Positions 29,665-39,659 of a stretch of 64,000 nt of DNA are shown piece after piece; position 1 is the first letter of the stretch; every line of letters begins with the position of its first letter. Source of the DNA: Spirochaetia bacterium (GTDB lineage Bacteria; Spirochaetota; Spirochaetia; SZUA-6; Bin103); NCBI GenBank assembly GCA_965262935.1, contig OZ253572.1, forward strand, positions 6,937,980-7,001,979, read 5' to 3'. The position numbers were made by a program, and so were the translations under genes. The notes beneath the pieces are model-generated. The model had not been told where the DNA came from. It searched no databases and saw only the letters and a program-made list of their open reading frames with translations.

Positions 29665-30489
29665 ATGTTGAGCCCGGAACTGGTGGCCGGCGCGGCCGCG
29701 ATGGCGGGCGTGCTGGTCACGCTGATTGTGATGGCGGCGGTGCGCGCCGGCGGCGCGGGCGGCGGCGCAGTGCGCCGGCGGGTGGACCAGCTCGACCAAC
29801 TGTCACGGCGGCTGATGCGCTTCGAGGAAGCGCTCACCGTGCCGCGTCAGCGCGGCGCCTACGGTGAGCGCCCTGCTGGAGGAGTTGCTGGCTACCTGGC
29901 TGCCGCGCTCCAGCTTCGCCACCCAGGTCACGCTGCCGGGCGGGGCGCGGGTCGATGCCATGGTCCGGCTCGGCCAGCGCAACGTCGCCATCGACGCCAA
30001 GTTCCCGTTCGAGGCCGTGGAGCAGGAGGCGCCCGGCGAGCCGCTCAGCAAGGCCGCCGCGCGCGCCGTCACCCGCCACGTCGCCGCGGTCGGCGACAAG
30101 TACGTGCTGCCGGACGCCGGCACCTACAACTTCGCCCTGCTGTATGTGCCGAGCGACGCCCTCTACCTGCGCTGCTTCGCCGGTCCGGGGGACGACCTCC
30201 TGCGCGCCGCCCTGCAGCGCCGCGTGGTTCCGGTGGGGCCGTCGGGCCTGTACCTCTACCTGCACACCGTCCGGCCACGCCCTGCGCGGCCTGCACCTGG
30301 CAGACTCCGCAACTGGAACTGGCCGACACCCTACAACGCGCCCGCGACGAGGTTACCGCGCTGCTCGACGCGGATACGCGCATGGAGAGCCAGCTGCTGC
30401 AACTGGGCCGCGGCCATGCCACCGCCCGCAACCGGCTGCGCAACCTCGCGGTCGCCCTGGAACGGCTCGCCGGCTCGCGCACCGACTAA
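29665..30489 (+). CDS. rmuC: RmuC-family protein with frameshifts (error or pseudogene)
   Basis: RGAYGE, VDAMVRL...IDAKFP, T.NFALLYVPSDALY, VPVGPS spread over three frames. Confidence 0.75.
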   Translation: MLSPELVAGAAAMAGVLVTLIVMAAVRAGGAGGGAVRRRVDQLDQLSRRLMRFEEALTVPRQRGAYGERPAGGVAGYLAAALQLRHPGHAAGRGAGRCHGPARPAQRRHRRQVPVRGRGAGGARRAAQQGRRARRHPPRRRGRRQVRAAGRRHLQLRPAVCAERRPLPALLRRSGGRPPARRPAAPRGSGGAVGPVPLPAHRPATPCAACTWQTPQLELADTLQRARDEVTALLDADTRMESQLLQLGRGHATARNRLRNLAVALERLAGSRTD

Positions 30490-30732
30490 CCGCTTCCAAC
30501 GCCGCTGCCGCCGCCCCGGGCAACGCCGAAGTGCCGCGATTGAACGCGGCGCCGGCCACCCACAACGCGGCATCCGGCAGGCGGCGGTGCAGGTCGTGGT
30601 GCTTGGCCACCGCGTTGCCCGGCTAGGGCACGGAGCGGAACGGCTCGCGTGCCACCGCTCCCTTCCGCACCTGCCAGTCGACACCATGCGGCGCGACTTG
30701 GCGCGCGCGGCAACAGCGGCTAAGCTGCGCCG

Positions 30733-31776
30733 ATGGTGGTGCCTGAGGCGATCAACTGGGGCATTCTGGGGCCGGGCCGCATTGCCGGCCGGTTCGCCGC
30801 CGGCTTGCGCGACGCGGCCGGGGCGCGGCTGGTGGCGGTGGGCTCGCGCTCTGCCGAGCGCGCCGCGCAGTTCGCGGCCGAGCAGCGCACCGCCGGCAGC
30901 GAGGCGCCGCGCGCACATGCCGGCTACGAGGCGCTGGCGGCCGACCCGGACGTACATGCCATTTACGTTGCCACGCCGCATCCGCAGCACGCCGCCGCCT
31001 GCCGCTTGTGCCTGCAGGCGGGCAAGCACGTCCTGTGCGAGAAACCGCTCACCGTCAATGCCGCCGAAGCGCGCGCCGTTGCCGCCTGCGCCCGCGAGCA
31101 CGGTGTGCTGCTGATGGAGGGCATGTGGACCCGGTTCATGCCGGCCACGGCGGCACTGCGCGCCCTGCTCGAAGCGGGGGAGATCGGAGAGCCGCACGTC
31201 GTGCACGCCGACATGGGGTTCGCCGCCACGCCCGATCCGGCCAGCCGCCTGTTCGCTCCCGACCTGGCCGGCGGCGCGTTGCTCGACGTGGGGGTCTACT
31301 GCGTAGCGTTCGCGTCGATGGTGCTCGGTACGCCGAACAGCGTCGCGGCCAGCGCCCACGTCGGCGCCACCGGCGTCGACGAGCGCACCGCGATATCGTT
31401 AAGTTACCCGAGCGGCGCGGTGGCCGCGCTGACCTGCTCGATCACCACCCGATTGCCGCATCCGGCCAGCGTGATCGGCAGCGACGGCTACGTGACCGTA
31501 GGCCCGCCGTTCTGGCACAGCGAGCGGCTCACCGTGTACCGCGGCGACGCGGCCCCGGATGAACGCAGCTACCCGATCGCGGGCAACGGCTTCAACTACG
31601 AGGCCGAGCACTTCATGGCGCTGATCCGGGCCGGCGCCCGGCAGTCGCCGGTGATGCCCGTTGCCGAGTCGATCGCCATCTGCGAGACCCTCGACGCGGT
31701 TCGGGACAGCATCGGCGTACGCTATCCATTCGAGGAGGAGCGGTCGGACCGCCGCCCGCCGAAAGAAGAGGCATGA
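30733..31776 (+). CDS. Gfo/Idh/MocA oxidoreductase
   Basis: WGILGPGRIA, KHVLCEKP, GGALLDVGVY. Confidence 0.93.
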   Translation: MVVPEAINWGILGPGRIAGRFAAGLRDAAGARLVAVGSRSAERAAQFAAEQRTAGSEAPRAHAGYEALAADPDVHAIYVATPHPQHAAACRLCLQAGKHVLCEKPLTVNAAEARAVAACAREHGVLLMEGMWTRFMPATAALRALLEAGEIGEPHVVHADMGFAATPDPASRLFAPDLAGGALLDVGVYCVAFASMVLGTPNSVAASAHVGATGVDERTAISLSYPSGAVAALTCSITTRLPHPASVIGSDGYVTVGPPFWHSERLTVYRGDAAPDERSYPIAGNGFNYEAEHFMALIRAGARQSPVMPVAESIAICETLDAVRDSIGVRYPFEEERSDRRPPKEEA

Positions 31777-32735
31777 TCTACCAGAAAATCGACGGCATGG
31801 ACAAACCGCTCGCGCGCGTGATTCAGGGCACCATCATGCTCAGCCGGGACCGGCTCGAGGAGTGCTTCGATCTCCTCGACGCCGTGTTCGAGCTGGGCGG
31901 AACCACCTTCGATACGGCGCACGGCTACGGCGGCGGCGATGCCGACCGGGTGCTGGGCCAGTGGATGGAGGCGCGCGGCAATCGCGACCGGGTGGTGATC
32001 GTCGGCAAGGGGTGTCATCACAACATCGACCGCCGGCGCGTAACACCGTATGACCTCGCTTCCGATTTGATGGATAGCCTGGCGCGCCTGCGCACCGACC
32101 ACATCGACCTGTACCTGCTGCACCGCGATGACCCGAGTCTGCCGGTGGGGCCGATCATGGATGCCCTGGCCGACCACCAGCGGGCGGGGCGCATGCGCGC
32201 GTTCGGCGGTTCCAACTGGTCCCCGCGGCGCATTCAGGAGGCCAACGCCTACGCCGAACAGCACGGCCTGCCGGCGATGCGCGCCAGCAGCCCCAACTTC
32301 AGCCTGGCCGTGCAGCGCCAGGAGCCGTGGCCCGAGTGCATCTCGATCAGCGGCCCGGACGGCGCCCAGGACCGTGACTGGTACCGTCTCACCCGGATGC
32401 CGCTGCTGGTGTGGTCGAGTCTGGCCGGCGGGTTCTTCTCCGGCGCATTGCGGCGCGACAACCTGCACACCTTCACCGATTACCTGATGAAGTTGAGCGC
32501 CGACACCTACGGCACGGAAGCGAATTTCCGCCGCTACGACGCGGCCAGGGCGGTTGCCGACGCGCGCGGCGTCAGCGTGGCCCAGGTGGCGCTGGGCTAC
32601 CTGTTCGGTAGCGGCTTGAACGTGTTTCCCCTGGTGGGGGCGCGCACCGCGCAGGAATTCGCCGCCAGCGCCGAGGCGGCGGAGCTGAATCTGGCTGCCG
32701 AAGAGATGGCGGCCCTGGAACTGGAGTCCGCGTAA
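31773..32735 (+). CDS. Aldo/keto reductase
   Basis: FDTAHGYG, DHIDLYLLHRDD, GGSNW, WSSLAGG. Confidence 0.93.
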   Translation: MIYQKIDGMDKPLARVIQGTIMLSRDRLEECFDLLDAVFELGGTTFDTAHGYGGGDADRVLGQWMEARGNRDRVVIVGKGCHHNIDRRRVTPYDLASDLMDSLARLRTDHIDLYLLHRDDPSLPVGPIMDALADHQRAGRMRAFGGSNWSPRRIQEANAYAEQHGLPAMRASSPNFSLAVQRQEPWPECISISGPDGAQDRDWYRLTRMPLLVWSSLAGGFFSGALRRDNLHTFTDYLMKLSADTYGTEANFRRYDAARAVADARGVSVAQVALGYLFGSGLNVFPLVGARTAQEFAASAEAAELNLAAEEMAALELESA

Positions 32736-32747
32736 CGACACCTGGGG

Positions 32748-35543
32748 GTGGGTATGGATATGACTTCCGACGGATTGCAGGACAACGAGCGCGTAATGAT
32801 CGACACCGGCAACGACCGGACAGCCGGCAACGGCCAGGCGCCGGCGAGCGAGTCGGGGGCGACCGTCGACCGCCCCAACGGCAGCAGCGCCGCGGCCACG
32901 CCAATGCCGGTGGAAGAGCTGAGCGAGTGGATCGAATCGTTCGAATACGTGCTCCGCAGCGGCGGCACCTCGCGCGCGCACTTCCTTCTGAACGAACTGG
33001 AGCGCTACGCCCACCAGCGCGGCATGGCGATGCCGTTCTCCGCCAACACCCCCTACGTGAACACGATCCCGCGCTCCCAGCAACCGGTGTTTCCCGGCCG
33101 CCGCGAGATCGAGCGGCGCATCAAGTCGATCATCCGCTGGAATGCAATGGCAATGGTAGTGCGCGCCAACAAGGCCTCCGACAACATCGGCGGCCACATC
33201 TCCTCGTTCGCTTCCGGCGCGACGCTGATCGAGGTCGCCCAGAACCACTTCCTGCGCGGTCCGGGAGCACCCGGCGGCGGCGACATCGTCTACTTCCAGG
33301 GCCACTCGGCGCCCGGCATGTACGCCCGCGCCTTTCTGGAGGGCCGTGTCTCGGAGCGGCAACTGGAAAACTTCCGCCGCGAACTGAGTCCCGGCGGCGG
33401 GCTCCCCTCCTATCCCCACCCGTGGCTGATGCCCGATTTCTGGTTCTCGCCATCGGTGTCGATGGGGCTGACGCCGATCATGTCGATCTACCAGGCGCGC
33501 TTCAACCGCTACCTGCACGACCGCCGCCTGCACGACACCTCGGCGCAGAAGGTGTGGGCGTTCCTGGGCGACGGCGAGATGGACGAACCGGAGTCGCTCG
33601 GCTCGATCACGCTCGCCGCGCGCGAGAAGCTGGACAACCTGATCTGGGTGATCAACTGCAACCTGCAGCGGCTCGACGGACCGGTGCGCGGCAACGGCAA
33701 GATCATCCAGGAACTGGAGGCGGCGTTCCGCGGCGCCGGTTGGAACGTGATCAAGGTGATCTGGGGCGAGGATTGGGACCCGCTGCTGGAGAATGATAAC
33801 GACGGCGTCCTGGCGCGGCGCATGAACGAGACGGTGGACGGCCAGTACCAGAAGTACACGGTGGCCAGCGGCGACTATATTCGCCAGGACTTCTTCGGCG
33901 CCGATGCACGGCTGCTGGACATGGTCAGGAACCACTCCGACGAGCAGCTCCGCAAGCTCAGGCGCGGCGGCCACGACCCGGAAAAGGTGTACGCCGCCTA
34001 CCAGGCCGCGGTGCAGCATCGCGGCGCCCCGACGGTGATACTGGCGCAGACCATCAAGGGCTACGGCCTCGGCGAGAGCGGCGAGGGCAAGAATATCACC
34101 CACCAGCAGAAGAAGCTCAACGAGGATGAGCTGGCCACCTTCCGCACCCGCTTCGGCATTCCGATCTCGGACGACCAGGTGGCCAAGGCGCCATTCTACC
34201 GGCCGCCCGAGGACAGCGAGGAGATGCAGTACCTGCACCAGCAGCGCCGCGCCCTCGGCGGCTACCTGCCGCACCGTGAGCCGGCGGCGCCGCCGCTGCC
34301 GGCGCTGCCGGCCGAGCTGTTCGAGGAGTTCTACGCCGGCACCGACGGGCGCGCGGTGTCGACCACCACGGTGTTCGTGCGCATCCTGTCCAAGCTGCTG
34401 CGCGACAAGGAGCTGGGCAAGCTGCTGGTGCCCATCGTGCCGGACGAGGCGCGCACTTTCGGCATGGAGACGCTGTTCCGCCAGGTGGGCATCTACAGCA
34501 GCCTGGGCCAGTTGTACGAGCCGGTGGACCGCGCGAACCTGCTCTACTACCGCGAGGCCACCGACGGCCAGGTGCTGGAAGAGGGCATCACCGAGGCGGG
34601 CTCGTTCTCCAGCTTCATCGCCGCCGGTACCGCCTACGCCACCCACGGCATCAACATCATTCCGTTCTACATCTTCTACTCGATGTTCGGCTTTCAGCGC
34701 GTCGGCGACCTGATCTGGGCGGCCGGGGACATGCGCGCCAAGGGGTTCTTCCTGGGCGGCACCGCCGGGCGCACCACCCTCAACGGCGAGGGGCTGCAGC
34801 ACCAGGACGGCCACAGCCACGTCGCGGCACTGAGCATTCCCAACCTCAAGGCGTACGATCCCGCCTACGCCTACGAGCTGGCGGTGATCATCCGCGACGG
34901 CATCGACCGCATGTTCGTCAGGCAGGAGAGCCTGTTCTACTACCTGACGGTGATGAACGAGAACTACGCCATGCCGGCGATGCCGGAGGGAGCGGAGGAG
35001 GGGATCCTGCGCGGCATCTACCGGCTGGCCGGCGCGCGCGCCGCCGATGGCACGCCGCGCGCCCACCTGCTCGGCAGCGGCACCATCCTGAACGAGACGC
35101 TGGCCGCCGCGGAGCTGCTGCGCGATTACGGCGTGGTGGCCGACGTGTGGAGCGTGACCAGCTACAAGGAGCTGTACAACGACATCAACGACGTGGAGCG
35201 GTGGAACACGCTGCACCCGGGCGAGTGCCGGCAGAGCTACCTGCAACAGGCGTTCGCCGGTGAGCGCGGCGTGTGCGTGGCGGCGTCCGACTACCTGAAG
35301 ATCCTGCCGCGTGCGCTGGCGCCGCACCTGCCGGGGCCGCTGGTGGCGCTGGGCACCGACGGCTTCGGGCGTAGCGAGACGCGCGAGGCGTTGCGCGACT
35401 TCTTCCAGGTCGACGCCCGGCACATCGCGGTGGCCGCGCTCAGCGCCCTCGCCGACGCCGGTGAGGTGGCGGCGGAACTGGTCGAAAAGGCGTTGGCCGA
35501 CCTGAACATCGAAGCCGACGCACCGAGCACCCTCACCCGCTAA
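32748..35543 (+). CDS. aceE: Pyruvate dehydrogenase E1, homodimeric type
   Basis: YFQGHSAPG, SYPHPWLMP, GDGEMDEPES (ThDP), GLQHQDG, LGTDGFGRS. Confidence 0.97.
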   Translation: MGMDMTSDGLQDNERVMIDTGNDRTAGNGQAPASESGATVDRPNGSSAAATPMPVEELSEWIESFEYVLRSGGTSRAHFLLNELERYAHQRGMAMPFSANTPYVNTIPRSQQPVFPGRREIERRIKSIIRWNAMAMVVRANKASDNIGGHISSFASGATLIEVAQNHFLRGPGAPGGGDIVYFQGHSAPGMYARAFLEGRVSERQLENFRRELSPGGGLPSYPHPWLMPDFWFSPSVSMGLTPIMSIYQARFNRYLHDRRLHDTSAQKVWAFLGDGEMDEPESLGSITLAAREKLDNLIWVINCNLQRLDGPVRGNGKIIQELEAAFRGAGWNVIKVIWGEDWDPLLENDNDGVLARRMNETVDGQYQKYTVASGDYIRQDFFGADARLLDMVRNHSDEQLRKLRRGGHDPEKVYAAYQAAVQHRGAPTVILAQTIKGYGLGESGEGKNITHQQKKLNEDELATFRTRFGIPISDDQVAKAPFYRPPEDSEEMQYLHQQRRALGGYLPHREPAAPPLPALPAELFEEFYAGTDGRAVSTTTVFVRILSKLLRDKELGKLLVPIVPDEARTFGMETLFRQVGIYSSLGQLYEPVDRANLLYYREATDGQVLEEGITEAGSFSSFIAAGTAYATHGINIIPFYIFYSMFGFQRVGDLIWAAGDMRAKGFFLGGTAGRTTLNGEGLQHQDGHSHVAALSIPNLKAYDPAYAYELAVIIRDGIDRMFVRQESLFYYLTVMNENYAMPAMPEGAEEGILRGIYRLAGARAADGTPRAHLLGSGTILNETLAAAELLRDYGVVADVWSVTSYKELYNDINDVERWNTLHPGECRQSYLQQAFAGERGVCVAASDYLKILPRALAPHLPGPLVALGTDGFGRSETREALRDFFQVDARHIAVAALSALADAGEVAAELVEKALADLNIEADAPSTLTR

Positions 35544-35575
35544 GCCGGATGCCTGCGCCTCCAGCGCACTCAAGT

Positions 35576-35652
35576 GTGCAGAGCCGCAGGCTCTGCAAGA
35601 GCTCGGTGCAGCCGAGCTCACGGTGCAGCCGAGCTCACGGTGCAGCCGAGCT
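35576..35652. repeat. Hairpin plus 17-bp tandem repeat, three copies
   Basis: TGCAGAGCC/GGCTCTGCA hairpin; CGGTGCAGCCGAGCTCA at 35604, 35621 and 35638 (last copy partial). Confidence 0.85.
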
Positions 35653-35690
35653 TACACAACACTAACGGTTACCTGTTCAAACGCTAAACA
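35651..35690 (+). promoter_or_regulatory. Candidate Pho box
   Basis: CTTACAC, CTAACGG, CTGTTCA, CTAAACA at exact 11-bp period upstream of pstS. Confidence 0.55.
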
Positions 35691-35732
35691 GCGCTAGCGA
35701 CTTTCGAGACACCAAACCTTGTTTCGAAAGGA

Positions 35733-36761
35733 GTGATTCTCGTGACACATTTCACGTTCGCGCAACGCGCCGGCCTGTTGCTGGTGGCGGCGTTCCTGGC
35801 AACCGGCAGCCTGGCGATGGCCAAGGCGTCCGGCGAGGCCGGCGAAGGCGCCTGGTCGTTCATTATGAGCGAGGAGTCCGACGACCCGATGCTGCCCGGC
35901 ATCAACCCGCTCGACGTACAGGGCAACATCGTCACCGCCGGCAGTTCCACCGTGTTCCCGCTGTCCGAGCGCCTGGTCGAGCGGTTCAAGGACGAGGGCT
36001 ACGCCGGCAACATCAGCGTCGACAGCATCGGCAGCGGCGCCGGCTTCGAGCGGTTCTGCTCCAGCGGCGAAACCGACATCTCCAACGCCAGCCGGCCGAT
36101 CAAGGACGCGGAAGTGGCCAACTGTCAGGCTATCGGTCGCGAGCCGATCGAGATCCGGGTCGGCACCGATGCCCTGGCCGTCGTCGTGAGCAAGGACAAC
36201 ACGTTCGCCGACAACGTCAGCATGGAGCAGTTGGGCGCCCTGTTCAGCACCGCCGCCAACTGGAGCGACATCAACCCGGAGTGGCCGAACGAGCCGATTC
36301 AGCGCTTCATTCCCGGCACCGACAGCGGCACCTTCGACTACTTCGTGGAACAGGTGTTCGACAAGGACCAGGTGCCGATCCTGAGCGCCGGCAACCTGCA
36401 GATGAGCGAGGATGACAACATCCTGGTGCAGGGCGTCCTCGGCGGCTCCTACTCGGTGGGCTTCTTCGGCTACGCCTACTACTCCGAGAACGCGGACAAG
36501 CTGAACGTGCTCAACATCGACGGCGTCGAGGCAAGCAGGGAGAGCGTCGACGATGCCTCCTACCCGCTGGCGCGCCCGCTGTCCATCTACACCACCGCGG
36601 ACCTCATGACGGAGAAGCCGCAAGTGGCCGCATTCGTCGCCTTCTACCTGACCTATGTCAACGAGGAAGTGGTCGACGTGGGGTACTTCCCGGCCAACCA
36701 GGCGGCGCTCGACGGCGCCAAGCAGGCCTGGCTGGACGCCGTAGGCGCCGGCAACTACTAG
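35733..36761 (+). CDS. pstS: PstS-family phosphate-binding protein
   Basis: GSSTVFP, GSGAGFERFC, DISNASR, DSGTFDYF, YPLARPL. Confidence 0.92.
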   Translation: MILVTHFTFAQRAGLLLVAAFLATGSLAMAKASGEAGEGAWSFIMSEESDDPMLPGINPLDVQGNIVTAGSSTVFPLSERLVERFKDEGYAGNISVDSIGSGAGFERFCSSGETDISNASRPIKDAEVANCQAIGREPIEIRVGTDALAVVVSKDNTFADNVSMEQLGALFSTAANWSDINPEWPNEPIQRFIPGTDSGTFDYFVEQVFDKDQVPILSAGNLQMSEDDNILVQGVLGGSYSVGFFGYAYYSENADKLNVLNIDGVEASRESVDDASYPLARPLSIYTTADLMTEKPQVAAFVAFYLTYVNEEVVDVGYFPANQAALDGAKQAWLDAVGAGNY

Positions 36762-36810
36762 CGCCCGCGGGACCGGAACCGATCCATATGCGCCCCGCTG
36801 CGTGGCCGCC

Positions 36811-36840
36811 CCCGCCGGCGACCCGCGGCGGGATTTTTTT
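36811..36840 (+). terminator. Rho-independent terminator after pstS
   Basis: CCCGCCG-N8-CGGCGGG followed by ATTTTTTT. Confidence 0.85.
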
Positions 36841-36881
36841 GTCCAACTTGTCCAAGCGAGGAATTCGAGGAGGTTGCTTCG

Positions 36882-37010
36882 ATGCAGCGCGTATTGGTGC
36901 TGTGCACCGGCAACTCGTGCCGGTCGCAGATGTTGCACGGCTACCTGGCGCAGGACCGGTCGCTTGCAGTGGCGTCCGCCGGCGTCGACCCGCACCGCCT
37001 CAACCCCGGC
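36882..37010 (+). pseudogene. arsC: Arsenate reductase / LMW-PTP N-terminal fragment
   Basis: GAGGAGG SD; VLVLCTGNSCRSQM P-loop, SAG...LNP, then breaks off. Confidence 0.8.
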
Positions 37011-37044
37011 GTATGCCGAGCGAGCATCTCGGCGACTGGCATCT

Positions 37045-37347
37045 CTATCTCGCTAGTGCCGGTTGCGGCTCGTAGCGCCGGACCTCAATCTCATCCTCTC
37101 GCGCTTGCGCCTGTGCGACGTCGTAGGCCGCCTGTAGCCGTATCCAGGTCTCCGTCGTCGAGCCGAAGGCCTTCGCAAGCCGGACGGCCATGACACCTGA
37201 TATGCGAGCGCGGCAATTCACCAGGTTCGAGAGCGCCTGGCGACTCACACCAAGCACCTTCGCGCCTTCCGTGACGTTGAGGCCAAGCGGCTCCAAACAA
37301 GACACGCGCACCACCTTTCCCGGATGCGGCGGGTTCTTCATAGGCAT
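37045..37347 (-). CDS. higA: HigA antitoxin
   Basis: MKNPPHPG, LGVSRQALSNLVN, MAVRLAKAFG, W.RLQAAYD. Confidence 0.93.
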   Translation of the reverse strand: MPMKNPPHPGKVVRVSCLEPLGLNVTEGAKVLGVSRQALSNLVNCRARISGVMAVRLAKAFGSTTETWIRLQAAYDVAQAQAREDEIEVRRYEPQPALAR

Positions 37348-37365
37348 ATGGTTTCTCCGTTCGTT

Positions 37366-37495
37366 TTAGTGATAGTCGACCAATTCAACGTCATGGACGT
37401 CCTTCCACCCGATCGTGCATATCGGGACCGATGAGGCTGCGGTCGCCCGCCTCATAGAACCGCTTGAGCCCACGATGCCGAAAGCTCCGTATCAC
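37366..37495 (-). pseudogene. higB: HigB toxin with internal deletion
   Basis: VIRSFRHRGLKRFYE start joined out of frame to the DVELVDYH* end; only 130 bp remain. Confidence 0.85.
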
Positions 37496-37501
37496 CTGCA
37501 A

Positions 37502-37530
37502 ACCGTAATGTGTCCATCGACACTTGTCAA
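37502..37530 (-). promoter_or_regulatory. higBA promoter, leaderless
   Basis: TTGACA-N17-TACGGT, GTG start 6 nt downstream. Confidence 0.65.
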
Positions 37531-37544
37531 CACGTATGATCCGC

Positions 37545-38008
37545 TCCGCGCCAGGGGCGGCGTTCAGGAAGCCGATCACGCCCAGGATCACGAACATCAG
37601 GAAGAAGGTGAGGATCACCTCCATGACCACCGACGGCGCCGCCGGGATGGCGGGGACGTGGGCGCCCATCAGCCCGCGGTGCTCGGGCAGGAGGAGCCAA
37701 AGCGCGAAACTGGCCAGCACCGCGCCGGCGATCTGGCTGGCGATGTAGGGCGCCACCAGCCGCGTTGGCAGACGGCCGACGCTCCAGAACCCGATGGTCA
37801 CGGCGGGGTTGAAGTGGGCGGCGGAGATGTCTCCCCCCGCGTAGATCATCGCCGCCACCACCAGCCCCGGCGCGGCGGCCACGCCGATGTGGGTCACCAC
37901 GCCGCCGGCCATGTCGTTGACCATGATCGAGCCGGTGGCGGCGAACACGAGCGCGAAGGTGCCCACCACCTCCGCCAGGAGCGCATCGGGACGGTAATCA
38001 GTCTGCAT
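37545..38008 (-). pseudogene. Aquaporin/MIP fragment
   Basis: AEVVGTFALVF, ISAAHFNPAVT, EVILTFFLMFVI; second NPA missing. Confidence 0.8.
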
Positions 38009-38237
38009 GGGATCGTGGAACGAGCTGCTGTACGCGCTCCTGCTCACCTCCTCCGAGCACAACCGCACCCTGCCGCTGGCGATGCGCTACTTCATGCAGC
38101 AATTCACCTTCGACTTCTCGGCCATGTTCGCCATGTTCGCCGCCCTGGTGATCTACGTGGTGCCGTCGATCATCCTGTACATCGTGCTGCAGGAGCAGAT
38201 CATGTCCGGCATCGCCGCCGGCGCCATCAACGAGTAA
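38007..38237 (+). pseudogene. Carbohydrate ABC permease C-terminal fragment
   Basis: SWNELLYAL..TLPL...P..ILY..LQ....GI.AGA; contains a 9-bp duplication GCCATGTTC. Confidence 0.75.
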
Positions 38238-38288
38238 CGCCCAGGTGGGCGCCGGCAGGCTGGTCGCGAAGCGCCGTCTGCCGAGCCG

Positions 38289-39659
38289 TCAATCGCGGTC
38301 ATAGCGCCACTGGAGGTGAAACGCCCGCTCCACCCGTTCGCACATGCGCTGCACGGCGGCGGCGCCCGGCGCGAAACACAGCATCTGGCTCTTGGTGACC
38401 TGCCGCCCGGCGTCGAGGTTGAAGTTGATCGGCAGCACGCCGGCTTCGGCGCCGGGGTGGTACAGGCAGCCCTCCCGCTCCAGGGCGGCGAGCACGGCCC
38501 GCGCCGGCAGGGGGTCGTGGAAGCGCAGGTTGCGCATCAGCCAGGCGCCGGCCGGGATGAAGTGACGCGCCAGGATCGACGGGTAGGAGGCGCCGGTAAC
38601 GCGCGCGTTGATTTCGGCGGCGACCGCCTGCAGTTCCCGTTCGCGGCGCAGCAGCACGAAGTCGACCGACGCGGTGCCGCGGTAGCCCTGGGCGTGCAGC
38701 CAGAGCGCCGCCCGCGCGGCGACCGCCAGCAGCCGGTCGACCGCTCCCGGAACCTCGGCGGCGTACGGCGGCGGCGCCACGTTGCCCTCGTGCACGCTGT
38801 GCGCGCCCAGGATCTGCTCGGTCACGTCGTACAGGGTCACCTCTTGCTCGCTCAGGAACAGTTGCACGCTCGGCGAGCCGAGCAGTTGCACGCCGTTGCT
38901 GCCGTGCTCCAGCCAGCCTTGCACCAGGCAGGAGCCCTCATGAAACAGGTACGCCGGGATCTGCTCCGCAGCGATATCCGCCGCCGGGAGACACACCATG
39001 CCGATGCCGGAGCCGCCGATCGGCGCCTTCAGCGCGACCTGGGAGTAGCCGCGCGCCCGCAGCCTCCGGCAACACGCCACGGCATGGCCGGGCGACTCGG
39101 CCACCTCGGTATCGAAGGTGGGCAATCCCTCACGCGCCAGGAACTGGTGCAGCAGCAGCTTGTTGTTGCCGTTGTGGCTGCCGGCATGACTGCTCAGGGT
39201 GCGCTTGCCGGCGCGGTGCGCCAGCTCCTCCAACGTGTGATCGGTCACGAATCCGTCGATCCACGGCGCCGGGTGGGCATGCAGCAGTTCGACCAGGGCG
39301 TCGCGGTCGTCACCGGCGCCGGGCCGCCCCTGGTAGACGGCCGGTGACACCAGACGGCACTCCGGCAGGCTGAGCCCGAGCCCCTCGTGGTAGGCCCGCA
39401 GCCCGCGATCCGGCTCCGTTTCCAGGAGCAGCAGGTTCGGCGAGCCGGTAAACAGCAGATCGATCAGCGGCAGCAGGCGCCCGCCGTAGGAGTCGACCCC
39501 CTTGATCTGCTCGGCGAGGATCTCGGTCTGCCGCCGGTTGCCGTAGAACAGCGACCGCAGGTTCGCCACAAATACCGCACTGCGGTCCCAAAACCGCGGC
39601 AGGCGGGCGGGGTGCACGCGCACGGCCGGCGCAGGACCGGCGCCGCCCCGATGCGTCAT
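38289..39659 (-). CDS. ATP-grasp-fold protein (pre-ATP-grasp + ATP-grasp, putative ligase)
   Basis: NNKLLL, ALKAPIGGSGIG, LVQGW, SPSVQ, HEGN, YRGTASVDF, EINARVTG. Confidence 0.75.
   Translation of the reverse strand: MTHRGGAGPAPAVRVHPARLPRFWDRSAVFVANLRSLFYGNRRQTEILAEQIKGVDSYGGRLLPLIDLLFTGSPNLLLLETEPDRGLRAYHEGLGLSLPECRLVSPAVYQGRPGAGDDRDALVELLHAHPAPWIDGFVTDHTLEELAHRAGKRTLSSHAGSHNGNNKLLLHQFLAREGLPTFDTEVAESPGHAVACCRRLRARGYSQVALKAPIGGSGIGMVCLPAADIAAEQIPAYLFHEGSCLVQGWLEHGSNGVQLLGSPSVQLFLSEQEVTLYDVTEQILGAHSVHEGNVAPPPYAAEVPGAVDRLLAVAARAALWLHAQGYRGTASVDFVLLRRERELQAVAAEINARVTGASYPSILARHFIPAGAWLMRNLRFHDPLPARAVLAALEREGCLYHPGAEAGVLPINFNLDAGRQVTKSQMLCFAPGAAAVQRMCERVERAFHLQWRYDRD

Noticed and set aside
30484-30560. 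attC-like GACTAAC start after rmuC
   Set aside because: No matching GTTRRRY arm or L boxes, and no integron integrase
31722-35621. 1299-aa minus-strand ORF, and similar long shadow ORFs (5667-7751, 20022-22121, 24359-26524, 46486-48144, 53852-55648)
   Set aside because: Antisense or alternate frames of well-supported genes; expected from extreme GC3 bias; no recognisable motifs
35604-35652. Possible CRISPR array
   Set aside because: 17-bp units are head-to-tail with no spacers, and no cas genes are present
37391-38068. Aquaporin-HigB fusion protein suggested by the ORF track
   Set aside because: Read-through from a truncated aquaporin across the higBA promoter into the higB stub
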